Virus record (IMG/VR): IMGVR_UViG_3300027969_000039
Location: 239,058-303,057 of that record
Strand: one strand, 5' to 3'
Length of the DNA: 64,000 bases
A model generated the notes under the pieces. That model did no database searches. It had not been told where the DNA came from and saw only the letters and a list, made by a program, of their open reading frames with translations. The position numbers and the translations under genes were made by a program. This document shows, one piece after another, positions 1 through 19,500 of this stretch (position 1 is its first letter; each line of letters starts with the position of its first letter).

Positions 1-2919
1 TTTGCTAATGCTGCTAATACTTTAAGTGGCAGCGCAAACTTTGTATTCGATGCTACATCAAATACATTGTCCGTTGATAATGCAAATCTAACAGGCACTT
101 TAAATGGCAACATTGCTAACTTCATTGGGAACTTAACATCATTAAATGCTAACTTAGGTAACTTAGCAACTGCTAACTATGTAAACATAGCAACACAACT
201 TAATGGTAATGTTGGTAATTTCAGTGGTAATGTTACTGCTGCTAACTTTATTACAAGTGGTTCAGGTGGTAACATCAGCGGTGCTAATGTTGTAAGTGCT
301 AATAGTTTCTTAGCTATCGGTGGTACAGCAAACTTCAGTAATACAAGTAATGTTGCATTAGGTAGTGTAAGTAATTTACATATCACAGGCGGAAGTAATG
401 GTTATGTATTGACTACTGACGGCACTGGCAATGTAGCGTGGGAAGAAACTGCTCAATCAAATCAAATTTTTAATGGCAATAGTAATGTAACTATTGCTGA
501 TCCAAATGGTAATGTAACTATTACTGCAAATGCAGGTTCTGCTTACACCTGGACATTTGCTAATACAAATGGTTCATTCAATGCACCGGGCGACGGTAGT
601 TTTGTTGGTGTTATTGGCGCTAATGCTATAACAGCTAACGGTAATATAACTGCAAATGGTAATGTTTATGCAAATTCAGGCGGCGGTGATGGTTATGTTT
701 ATGCTAACTTTGCAAATATTTCTACTGATTTATTTGTTGGTGCTAATGCCAATATCGTTGACACATTAACTGCTAATACTGCTAACATCACTAATCTTAA
801 TGTAGCGAATATCAGTACTACTGGCAATATCACAGCAAATAACGCAACAATTAATTTAGAATTAGCTGGTAATACTGCTAACTTCAGTGGTAACGTTAAA
901 TTTAATGGTGCTGAAGCTAATATAGCTAATGCTTTATATGTTGGTACAAATGCTAACATAGGTGGCAACTTGAATGTAGTTGGTAATATTGCTAATGTTA
1001 ATAACATCAGTGTAACAACTAATATTACTTCTAATAGTGCAAACTTCACTGGTTTCTTACAAGGTGCAAATGCTAACTTTACAGGTAATGTAAATGCTGT
1101 AAACTTCATCGGTAACCTTGCTAATGGTGCAAGTAATGTACAAATTGATAATGGTGGTAATATCAGATTCAGCCCAGGTACTGGATATGCAAATGCTGTA
1201 ATTTTTAGTTCAGGTGGTGTTGATACAATTGGTTATGTAACTGCTAATGGTAATATCACATCAAATACTGGATTTGTTTCTAATACTGTAACAGCATTTG
1301 CTAATACTGCTCTAACTCTTAATGCAGGTACAGCAACTGGTGCAGCTAACATAAATGTTGTTCTTGTACCATCAGGTAATGGTACTGTTGATGTCTCTAG
1401 TAAGAGAATCACAAGTGTAGCAGCTCCAACAAGTGACTCTGATGCTGCTAATAAAGCATATGTTGATAGCGTAGCACAAGGGTTGAATATTAAGGCATCA
1501 GTTCGTGTTGCTACATATGCTGCACTTCCAGCGTATACTTATAACAATGGTACAGCTGGTGTAGGCGCAACTATTACTGCTAATGCATTTGGTGCATTAG
1601 TTGTTGATGGTCAAACAATTTCAACAATAGGCACTCGTGTCTTAGTCAAGAATGAAACTGCTGGCAATGCTCCTTATAACGGTATATACACACTAACAAC
1701 AGCAGGCGGCGTTGCTGATTATTTCGTATTGACTCGTTCATTGGATATGAATGTAGCAATAGAATTTGATGGTGCATTCACTTTCGTTTCTGTTGGTACT
1801 GAAAATGCAGATACTGGTTGGGTACAAACAGGGGAAATTGTTACAGTTGGTACAACTCCTGTAGTTTGGACACAGTTCTCTGGTGCTGGTCAATATACTG
1901 CAAATACTAGTGCTGGTTTAGCATTAAACGGCACAGTATTCAGTGCTAAGGTTGATGGTAACACTAACCCAACAACTGCGTTTGACGGTAACGGTAATAT
2001 TTATGTTCCAGCTGGAGCAGCGTTCACGACACCAAATATTGGTGCTGCAACTGGTACAAGTATTGACTTATCTGGTAATGTATTAGCGGCTAATATTAAT
2101 TCTAACGCAATGATTACGACTGCTAATCTTGAAGTTAGTGCTAATATCTTAACTAATAATATTACTGCTAATGCTAGTGCTAACATTGTTGGTAACTTAA
2201 GTGCTAATAATGCTACTGTTACTAACTTATTAACAGTTAGTGGAAATGCCAATGTTGCTTTAACATTAAATGGTAATGTTGCTAACTTTACTGGTAACTT
2301 AACCGCTGCTAATGCTAACTTAGGTAACTTAGCAACAGCTAATTATGTAAATGTAGCAACACAGATTAATGGTAATGTTGCTAACTTCAGCGGTAACTTA
2401 ACTGCACTTAATGCTAACTTAGGTAACTTAGCTACTGCTAACTATGTAAATGTAGCTAATGACTTGAATGTTGTTGGTACTGCTAATATTGCTAATGTTT
2501 CTATAACAGGTAATATCACTGCTAATAATATTACTTCTAATAACATTATAGCAATGCAACAAGCCAATATTGGCAACACATTGATTAAATGGGCAAACAC
2601 TACAACAACTAGTACTGGTGCTAATCAAACTATTGCATATTACACTATATCAAGTACTGATATCGTTGGTGTAGAGTTCTTAGTAAAAAGTTATGATTCC
2701 ACTCCCGGCGACACTAAATACAGTGTAGCAACAGTGCAAGCAGTTACTAATGGAACGGCTGCAGATTATGCTGTATTTGGAACAGTTAGATTAGGTAATA
2801 CTACTGGTATGCTAGCAGTTAATATGAGTATTGTTGGACCAACAGCAAATATTAACTTGCAAGTTACCCCAGCTAGCAGCAACACTACAGTATGGACTAC
2901 ACAGTATAGATTGATTTAA
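1..2919 (+). CDS. Asn/Gly/Ala-rich virion fibre/structural protein, 5'-truncated by the window
   Basis: Frame is open from base 1 (FANAANTLSGSANFVFDATSN...), so the TTG at 67 is not the real start. Contains GNLT.LNANLGNLATANYVN repeats and a DAANKAYVD..AQGL...RVLVKN...NGIY...WTQFSGAG segment typical of phage fibre proteins. Confidence 0.75.
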   Translation, partial: FANAANTLSGSANFVFDATSNTLSVDNANLTGTLNGNIANFIGNLTSLNANLGNLATANYVNIATQLNGNVGNFSGNVTAANFITSGSGGNISGANVVSANSFLAIGGTANFSNTSNVALGSVSNLHITGGSNGYVLTTDGTGNVAWEETAQSNQIFNGNSNVTIADPNGNVTITANAGSAYTWTFANTNGSFNAPGDGSFVGVIGANAITANGNITANGNVYANSGGGDGYVYANFANISTDLFVGANANIVDTLTANTANITNLNVANISTTGNITANNATINLELAGNTANFSGNVKFNGAEANIANALYVGTNANIGGNLNVVGNIANVNNISVTTNITSNSANFTGFLQGANANFTGNVNAVNFIGNLANGASNVQIDNGGNIRFSPGTGYANAVIFSSGGVDTIGYVTANGNITSNTGFVSNTVTAFANTALTLNAGTATGAANINVVLVPSGNGTVDVSSKRITSVAAPTSDSDAANKAYVDSVAQGLNIKASVRVATYAALPAYTYNNGTAGVGATITANAFGALVVDGQTISTIGTRVLVKNETAGNAPYNGIYTLTTAGGVADYFVLTRSLDMNVAIEFDGAFTFVSVGTENADTGWVQTGEIVTVGTTPVVWTQFSGAGQYTANTSAGLALNGTVFSAKVDGNTNPTTAFDGNGNIYVPAGAAFTTPNIGAATGTSIDLSGNVLAANINSNAMITTANLEVSANILTNNITANASANIVGNLSANNATVTNLLTVSGNANVALTLNGNVANFTGNLTAANANLGNLATANYVNVATQINGNVANFSGNLTALNANLGNLATANYVNVANDLNVVGTANIANVSITGNITANNITSNNIIAMQQANIGNTLIKWANTTTTSTGANQTIAYYTISSTDIVGVEFLVKSYDSTPGDTKYSVATVQAVTNGTAADYAVFGTVRLGNTTGMLAVNMSIVGPTANINLQVTPASSNTTVWTTQYRLI

Positions 2920-2922
2920 TAA

Positions 2923-5250
2923 ATGGCAACTCAAGCATTCAACGCGGATACCGGGGTTAGCGTTGGAAGCAGTGCTAGTCTTGTAATTGATGCTAACAGA
3001 AACGCAAATTTTGCGAATGTTAGCGCCAACCTTGGAAATTTTTCTGGCAATGTTTCTACCAATAGCTTCTTTGTAGGAGACGGTGGTTATTTAACCAATA
3101 TAAGTTCCGGCGGCTCTAGCTTAAATGTAAGTCAATACACGACTGGAACAATTAGTAATACAGTAACAAGTGTAGCTAATTTATTATTTGACACCACAAC
3201 AGGTTTTAGTGTAACTAATTTAGGTAATGGCAATGCATTAATTCAATTAGGTAGTTCATTCAAAACTTGGGAAGTTGCAGGTCAAACCAGTCTTGTTGCG
3301 GTAGGTGAAGATACTGTACAGTTCATAGCCGGCTCTGGTATAGATATCACAACTAATGCCTTAGCATACCCACAACAAATCACATTCTCTGCTAATTTAG
3401 GAAACATCTCAGACAATGAGATTAGCAATGGAACTAGTAATGTTTCTATCCCAACAGCAAATGGTAATGTTTTCATATCAGTCAATGGTAACGCAAATGT
3501 AGCAGTGGTTACTAGCACTGGTGCCAATATCAATGGAACATTAACTGTAAGCAATACAGTAACTATCTCAAATACAGCAGGTGGAGCAACGAACATTGCA
3601 TTAGGTAGTCCTAGTCAAGGAAATCTAGTAAGCAATGCAATATCTTTTACCACGGACTCAACAGTGTCAAACGCCATCGCCCAATTAAATACAGTATTAG
3701 GGAAATTAGTTCCCCCGTCTCCCCCTAATTTCCCTGCCAGTCAATCAATAACTATTAATAGCTTGTCATCATATCGTATGGCAAACTATGTTCAAACTGA
3801 TAATACTCCTGGCGCAAACAAATCAGTAGCAGGTGGAACAACGGTATCAACCGTAACCAGAGTAGCAACATACACTACAAGCAATATAGCTAACGCTGGC
3901 CCGGGTGATAGTGGAACAATTACTGCATTTCTGAATGGCGCCAATGCAGGAAGTAGAATACTTACTACTAGTTTAAATGGAAACGGTGTTTATAGTAATT
4001 TAGTTATATTCAATAATGCTGACTATAATACAGTCAATGCAAATATTACTGCCGGGTTTTGGAGTGTGTTTTCTTCAAGAGCCTCAGGTACAGTAACTCA
4101 AGGTTGGAATGAAGTATACATAAGAGATTCAGCTACTAGTAACACTAATACTGCAAATTGGTTCTATGATTCAAGTTCACCCGGCACTCCCACATTCAGT
4201 TCACTATCAATAACTGCGCCCGGGTCACCTACTTATACATACTCAAGTACTGTTCCACATTATGCTAATACTAATAATTTTACCATTGGATTTAACTGTA
4301 CAAAATTAAGTGGAAACATGTATCCAGTGAGTGATGCGTTTGTAACAGGAACAGCAGGTGGCGCATTTGCTGCACCAACATCAGTAACATACGCTACGGC
4401 AGGCGTTACTACACCACTAGCACAAAATTTATATGTAAGTTCTGGTTCGCAAGCAGTATCAACTACTAGTAGTATAATATCAGGATTTGGTGCAAGTACA
4501 ACTGGACCAAGTGTTAATGTACTAAACAGTTATGCTACTGGAACACAGTCATTCACTACTACATTAGGTGCCAATGTATTATATAAAACAGGAACAGTAA
4601 GTTCATTGAGTGTTATACAAGAAGCTAATATTTATATTGGTTCAACGATAGGGGTTGGATCTGGATTAGCATTTAGAATATTAAACCCAGGTGCAAGTAA
4701 TACTCCATACTTTACAGGATATGAAACTGCATTTGATAGTCAGTCAAGTTTATTAAGAGTATACGATGCAACCGTAGTAGCAAATGTATTAAAACATGAT
4801 CAAACAAATTACTCAACGGGTTATTTACCAGTTGGCCCTGATTTAAGCACTGGTAGAAGTGGTACACAGTATTTTACTTTTAAAGTTGTTAGAACATCTG
4901 TATCTAAATTTGATGTAGGATGGTCAGGGAACATAGCTGGATTATGGGTAGCTTTGCCTGGAAGTACCATTGATAACACTTCAACTGCAAATGGTTGGTT
5001 AGATATGACAGTTTCGTATGCTGGAGCAGGAGTTCCGGGTGCGAATGTAGCTGCTGGTGGTAATGGAAGTGACGGTTCTGCATTGGGAGGAACAGCTCCG
5101 ATAAATATAGTACAGACAAATAAATTCATTACTGCGACCTTTGGAACTGTAAGTAGTTCTAGTACAGCACAAAATGAAATTTATTTAAGGGTAGGATTAA
5201 CAAGCGGACAAACTGTTACAGCATTATCATTGAGAGCGGCAAGCAACTAA
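2923..5250 (+). CDS. Ser/Thr/Gly-rich phage virion structural protein
   Basis: 775-aa ORF 3 nt after the upstream stop; beta-rich composition; shares the ISNG.SNV.IP.ANGNV module with neighbours. Confidence 0.65.
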   Translation: MATQAFNADTGVSVGSSASLVIDANRNANFANVSANLGNFSGNVSTNSFFVGDGGYLTNISSGGSSLNVSQYTTGTISNTVTSVANLLFDTTTGFSVTNLGNGNALIQLGSSFKTWEVAGQTSLVAVGEDTVQFIAGSGIDITTNALAYPQQITFSANLGNISDNEISNGTSNVSIPTANGNVFISVNGNANVAVVTSTGANINGTLTVSNTVTISNTAGGATNIALGSPSQGNLVSNAISFTTDSTVSNAIAQLNTVLGKLVPPSPPNFPASQSITINSLSSYRMANYVQTDNTPGANKSVAGGTTVSTVTRVATYTTSNIANAGPGDSGTITAFLNGANAGSRILTTSLNGNGVYSNLVIFNNADYNTVNANITAGFWSVFSSRASGTVTQGWNEVYIRDSATSNTNTANWFYDSSSPGTPTFSSLSITAPGSPTYTYSSTVPHYANTNNFTIGFNCTKLSGNMYPVSDAFVTGTAGGAFAAPTSVTYATAGVTTPLAQNLYVSSGSQAVSTTSSIISGFGASTTGPSVNVLNSYATGTQSFTTTLGANVLYKTGTVSSLSVIQEANIYIGSTIGVGSGLAFRILNPGASNTPYFTGYETAFDSQSSLLRVYDATVVANVLKHDQTNYSTGYLPVGPDLSTGRSGTQYFTFKVVRTSVSKFDVGWSGNIAGLWVALPGSTIDNTSTANGWLDMTVSYAGAGVPGANVAAGGNGSDGSALGGTAPINIVQTNKFITATFGTVSSSSTAQNEIYLRVGLTSGQTVTALSLRAASN

Positions 5251-5257
5251 CTAAATC

Positions 5258-14287
<9,030 letters not shown>

Positions 14288-14340
14288 AATGAAACTAGAT
14301 AATGGTAACGGATAAATACTTACTGAAAGATAATTAAAGA

Positions 14341-15237
14341 ATGCCATACGGAACATTAGCGATAGATTCAATAACACCCTCAGCGAACGCACTATCTGTC
14401 ACGGGTAGCGTGTCATCGGTAAATACTTTTGGGTTCAAAAATCGTATCATCAATGGTGGACTATCAATTGATCAAAGAAATAGTGGCGCAGCACAAACTA
14501 TAACAGCGGCTGCGGCTATTGCTTATACTGTAGACAGATGGTATGCATATTGTACTGGTGCAAATGTCACTGGTCAACAGATAGCTGGAACATATCTATC
14601 ATCACAATATCGCTATCAATTCACAGGTGCAGCGAGTGTTACTGCGATTGGGTTTGGTCAACGCATTGAGCAACTTAATTGTTATGATTTAGCAAACTCA
14701 ACTGCTACCCTTAGTTGTTATATCTCTAATTCATTACTAACAACTGTTACATGGACAGCTTATTACGCTAATACAGCAAACACATTTGGTTCATTAGCAA
14801 GTCCGACAGTGACACAGATAGCTACGGGAACATTCACAGTCACATCATCTAGGGCGCAATATTCAGCGCAGATAGCTATACCATCAGCGGCTACTACTGG
14901 AATTCAAATAGTATTCACAGTGGGCGCACAGACGAGCGGTACATGGGTAATTGATACTATTCAACTTGAAGAAGGAACTCAAGCTACATCGTTTGATTAT
15001 CGTTCAATAATTACAGAATTACAATTTTGTCAGAGATATTATGAAATTGGTGGTGGCGTAAGTAATGCTGATTATGCAATGCAATATTATAAAGTCACTA
15101 AACGAGTAACTGGTGCAGTAACCACAGCAGGGGTAACTGGATCAGTCACAGTTGGTCCACTCATAAGCACAGATAATTTTTATGCGAAATTTAGTAACGT
15201 AACTGGATTCAGTTGGATAGCCAATGCGGAGTTATAA
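14341..15237 (+). CDS. Phage tail-fibre-associated protein, possible carbohydrate-binding fold
   Basis: Motifs GFKNRIINGG..IDQR, YTVDRW, IQLEEG..AT.FDYR...EL..CQRYY, characteristic of phage fibre domains. Confidence 0.7.
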   Translation: MPYGTLAIDSITPSANALSVTGSVSSVNTFGFKNRIINGGLSIDQRNSGAAQTITAAAAIAYTVDRWYAYCTGANVTGQQIAGTYLSSQYRYQFTGAASVTAIGFGQRIEQLNCYDLANSTATLSCYISNSLLTTVTWTAYYANTANTFGSLASPTVTQIATGTFTVTSSRAQYSAQIAIPSAATTGIQIVFTVGAQTSGTWVIDTIQLEEGTQATSFDYRSIITELQFCQRYYEIGGGVSNADYAMQYYKVTKRVTGAVTTAGVTGSVTVGPLISTDNFYAKFSNVTGFSWIANAEL

Positions 15238-15240
15238 CAT

Positions 15241-15918
15241 ATGGCAACTATAATAAATGCAGATAACGGTGTAGTCAGCGGTGTTCCGGGACTGAAGTAT
15301 GTCTCAGACTCTACTGGTAATCTTCAACTACAGACTAATGGTACTAACGCATTATTGGTAGACACTAGTCAATATCCATCCGCAACGGTGAATGGATTAG
15401 GTACTGGTCGTATTCCAGCAGAACAGTTCTATAGATTGAATAGTGATTTGGTTGGTGCGAATGTGAATACAGCACAAAGCATATTAGGGGTTGGGGTTAC
15501 ATTGATCGGTAGTACGGTATATCAGTTTGAAGCTGTTTACGCATTAAGCAAAACAGCCGGGACAACATCTCATGCGTACGGGCTTGGATTTGGAGGAACA
15601 GCTACTATAAACAATATTGGATATGATGTACAAGGGTTGTTTAAAACAGGAGCTTTTGCTGGAGGCGCCCCTGATATGGCGTTGTATATACAAACAGCTA
15701 CAAATACTGCTGTAACTGGCCCTTTGGCCCTTGCTGGTCTTCAGTTTTTTTGTCTAATAAAAGGTACAGTTTCTGTTAACGCCGGCGGTACATTTATTCC
15801 GCAATATACACTAAGCGCAGCGCCAGGTGGCGCATACACTACAGCTATTGGCAGCTATTTCAAAATCTCTCCACTAGGTGCTAGTGGATCGAATACAAGT
15901 ATAGGAACATGGAGTTAA
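15241..15918 (+). CDS. Small tail-fibre-like structural protein
   Basis: 225 aa; N-terminal MATIINADNG...DSTGNLQLQTNG; beta-rich; operonic spacing. Confidence 0.6.
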   Translation: MATIINADNGVVSGVPGLKYVSDSTGNLQLQTNGTNALLVDTSQYPSATVNGLGTGRIPAEQFYRLNSDLVGANVNTAQSILGVGVTLIGSTVYQFEAVYALSKTAGTTSHAYGLGFGGTATINNIGYDVQGLFKTGAFAGGAPDMALYIQTATNTAVTGPLALAGLQFFCLIKGTVSVNAGGTFIPQYTLSAAPGGAYTTAIGSYFKISPLGASGSNTSIGTWS

Positions 15919-15919
15919 T

Positions 15920-16534
15920 ATGGCAGCGATAATAAACGGTGATACGGGAATCACATTTCCAGCTGGTGGTGTTGGAAATCCTACAAGTGCTGTCGTTGGT
16001 ACGACTGACACACAAACATTAACGAACAAAACGATTTTAGGCGGAGCAATTAGTTCAGGTACTTCTGTAACTGCTAGTGGCACAAGCGTAGGATTTCCCA
16101 ATATCCCAAGTTGGGCAAAAAGAATCACATTGCAATTGTTTGCAGTATCAACAAACGGCACATCTGGAAATTTAACTGCCCAGCTTGGAACAGGTGGCAC
16201 GCCGACATACGTTGCATCTGGGTATGCTGGTACATCTTCAATTATTAGAGGCTCAACATCAACTGCAAGCGCAGGCGCTATTAGTACTGGTTTTGATTTG
16301 TTAAGGGCATTGGCTACTACGGCATTTACATCTGGAACATTTGTTTTTACTCTTGTAGATGCGGCAACAAATAAATGGGTTTGTTCTGCAATAATGGGAA
16401 GAAGCGATGAAGCAACTACAATTTTTACCGCAGGTTACATTGAGTTGGGTAGTGCCTTAACTGCCGTTAGGTTAACAACTACTACCGGTGTAGATAGTTT
16501 TGACGCAGGTACTGTAAATATTCTGTACGAATAA
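15920..16534 (+). CDS. Small tail-fibre-like structural protein
   Basis: VGTTDTQTLTNKT, F.NIPSWAKRIT and FDAGTVNILYE motifs; 1 nt after the upstream stop. Confidence 0.65.
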   Translation: MAAIINGDTGITFPAGGVGNPTSAVVGTTDTQTLTNKTILGGAISSGTSVTASGTSVGFPNIPSWAKRITLQLFAVSTNGTSGNLTAQLGTGGTPTYVASGYAGTSSIIRGSTSTASAGAISTGFDLLRALATTAFTSGTFVFTLVDAATNKWVCSAIMGRSDEATTIFTAGYIELGSALTAVRLTTTTGVDSFDAGTVNILYE

Positions 16535-16594
16535 ATCATACCAACTAGATATTCACTTTCAAAAGACGCATAAATATAAGAACAAGGAACATAG

Positions 16595-19500
16595 ATGGCA
16601 GTTTTAACGATACAACCGGTAGCAATTGACTCAGCGAATAACTTCACATTCGCTAGTACAACCAGCAACTCAGTAACCGTCTCGGGAAACGCTACAGGTA
16701 ATGTTAATATCGCCACTGTAACTGCAAACTTAGGTTTCCGTGGTGTTTTTGCTACATATACAGATAATTCTGCTGCATCATCAGCGACAGTAGCTAATGC
16801 AGCTATACACGCATTTGCTGCACCAAACTTAGCAGCGGCGAACACAGGTGTCACGTTCACAAACGCAGCTACTTTCTATATCGCAGGTGGACCAGTAGCT
16901 AATACAAATGCTACGATAACTAACTCATATTCATTATTAGCAGGGGGAAACGCACGTTTCACTGGTAATATCATAGGTACACTAGCGAATGGCAATAGTA
17001 ATATCTATATCGCTACCGCAAACGGCAATGTGACTGTAGCTGCTGCTGGTAACACAACACTAACAATCACTGGTACTGGGGTGAATGTAGCTGGTACAGG
17101 AAATTTTAGTGCTAACGTTGCTGCTGCATATTTCATAGGTAATGGTAGTCAATTGACAGGACTTCCAAGTAGTAGCGGTGCAACAGGCGCTACTGGATAT
17201 ACAGGTAGTACTGGAGCAACGGGTGCTACAGGAGCAACAGGCAATTCAGGTAGCACAGGTGCAACTGGTTTAGGTAGTACAGGTGCAACTGGTGCAACTG
17301 GTAATCAAGGTAGCACAGGAGCAACTGGCTTAGGTAGTACTGGCGCTACTGGTAATGATGGAGCCACAGGAGCAACTGGCTTAGGTAGTACTGGTGCAAC
17401 TGGTGCAACTGGTGCAACAGGTAATCAAGGTAGCACAGGAGCAACTGGATTAGGTAGTACAGGTGCCACAGGTGCAACTGGTTTAGGCAGTACGGGTGCT
17501 ACAGGAGCCACTGGTTTAGGTGCTACGGGCGCCACTGGTGCAACTGGCTTTAATGGCGCAACCGGAGCAACAGGACCAGTTGCAGGCAGTAATACTCAAA
17601 TTGTATTCAATGACGCCGGCACTGCGAATGGTAGTGCTAATTTAACATTCAATAAAACAACTAATGTATTAGCAGTAGTTGGTAATGTAACCGCAAGTAA
17701 TTTTGTAGGTGCATTAGCGAATGGGAATAGCAACGTATACATAGCAACAGCTAATGGAAACGTAACTATAGCAGCAGTAGGCAACACAACATTGACTGTT
17801 ACTGGTACTGGCGCTAATATCACTGGTACAGCAAACATCTCTGGTAATTTAACTATAGGATCAGCCACTGGTGGTAACTTAACTGGTGCTAATGTTATTA
17901 GTGCTAACACAGGTAATTTTACTGCTAATGTAACAGCAGCATACTTTATTGGCAATGGTAGTCAATTGACTGGACTTACTAGTTTTACAGGTTCAACTGG
18001 TGCTACTGGTGCTACTGGATATAATGGTGCCACTGGCGCAACTGGTTTAGGTAGTACAGGTGCTACTGGTGCAACTGGTTTAGGTAGTACAGGTGCTACA
18101 GGTGCAACTGGTTTAGGTAGTACAGGTGCAACAGGTGCAGCAGGCAATGACGGTGCAACTGGTGCAACTGGTCCGATTGCCGGAAGTAATACTCAAGTTG
18201 TATTCAATGACGCAGGTGTTGCGAATGGTAGTGCTAATCTAACTTTTAACAAAACAACCAACGTGTTAGCAGTAACTGGTAATGTTAGTGCTACTTACTA
18301 TATTGGCAATGGTAGTCAATTAACTGGTATTGCAACTGGTACTCCTGCTAGCATCAGCAATGGAAATAGTAATGTAAACATTCCTGCTGCGAACGGTAAC
18401 ATTACTATGAGTGCTGTGGGTAATAGTAACGTAGTAATTATCACTGGTACCGGCATGAATGTTGCAGGAACTGCAAATATCTCTGGTAATTTAACAATAG
18501 GTTCAGCTACAGGTGGTAATTTAACTGGTGCTAATGTAATATTTGCAAATGTGTTTACCTCGAATGTAACAACAGGTACTGCTCCGTTTATTGTTAGTTC
18601 AAATACAGTAGTAGCAAACTTGAATGCTGATTTACTTGATGGATATACTACAGCAACAGCAAATACGGCAAATACAGTTGCAGTAAGAGATGCAAGTGGC
18701 AATTTAAGTGCTAATTATTTTATCGGTAATGGTAGTCAATTGACAGGTGTAGGTAGTGCCGGTTCATTGTCAAATGGTAATAGTAATGTAAATATTCCAG
18801 TGGCCAATGGTAATATAACTATTAGTGCTGTTGGTAACGCTAATGTAGTGATAGTAACTGGTACTGGTATGAATGTTGCAGGTACAACAAATATCTCTGG
18901 TAATTTAACAATAGGTTCAGCTACAGGTGGTAATTTAACTGGTGCAAATGTATTAAGTGCAAATACAGGTAATTTCAGTGCTAATGTAACAGCATCATAT
19001 TTCTTAGGTAATGGTAGTCAATTGACCGGTCTTTCAAGTAGCAGCGGCGCCACTGGTGCTACAGGTGCAGGTGCGACTGGTGCAACTGGAGCTACTGGTT
19101 TAGGTAGTACTGGTGCGACAGGTGCAACTGGTGTAGGTAGTACTGGTGCAACTGGTGTAGGTAGTACTGGTGCAACTGGTGTAGGTAGTACTGGTGCAAT
19201 TGGAGCGACGGGCGCTACTGGATTAGGTAGCACGGGTGCTACAGGTGCAGCAGGCAATGACGGTGCAACTGGTGCAACTGGCTTAGGTAGTACTGGTGCA
19301 ACTGGTGCAACTGGTGCAACAGGCAATTTAGGTAGCACAGGTGCAACTGGCGCCCAAGGTGCAACAGGTGCAACTGGTTTAGGTAGTACAGGTGCAACTG
19401 GTGCCCAAGGTGCAACAGGTGATCAAGGTGCAACAGGTGCAACTGGTTTAGGTAGTACAGGTGCAACTGGTGCCCAAGGTGCAACAGGTACAGCAGGTAA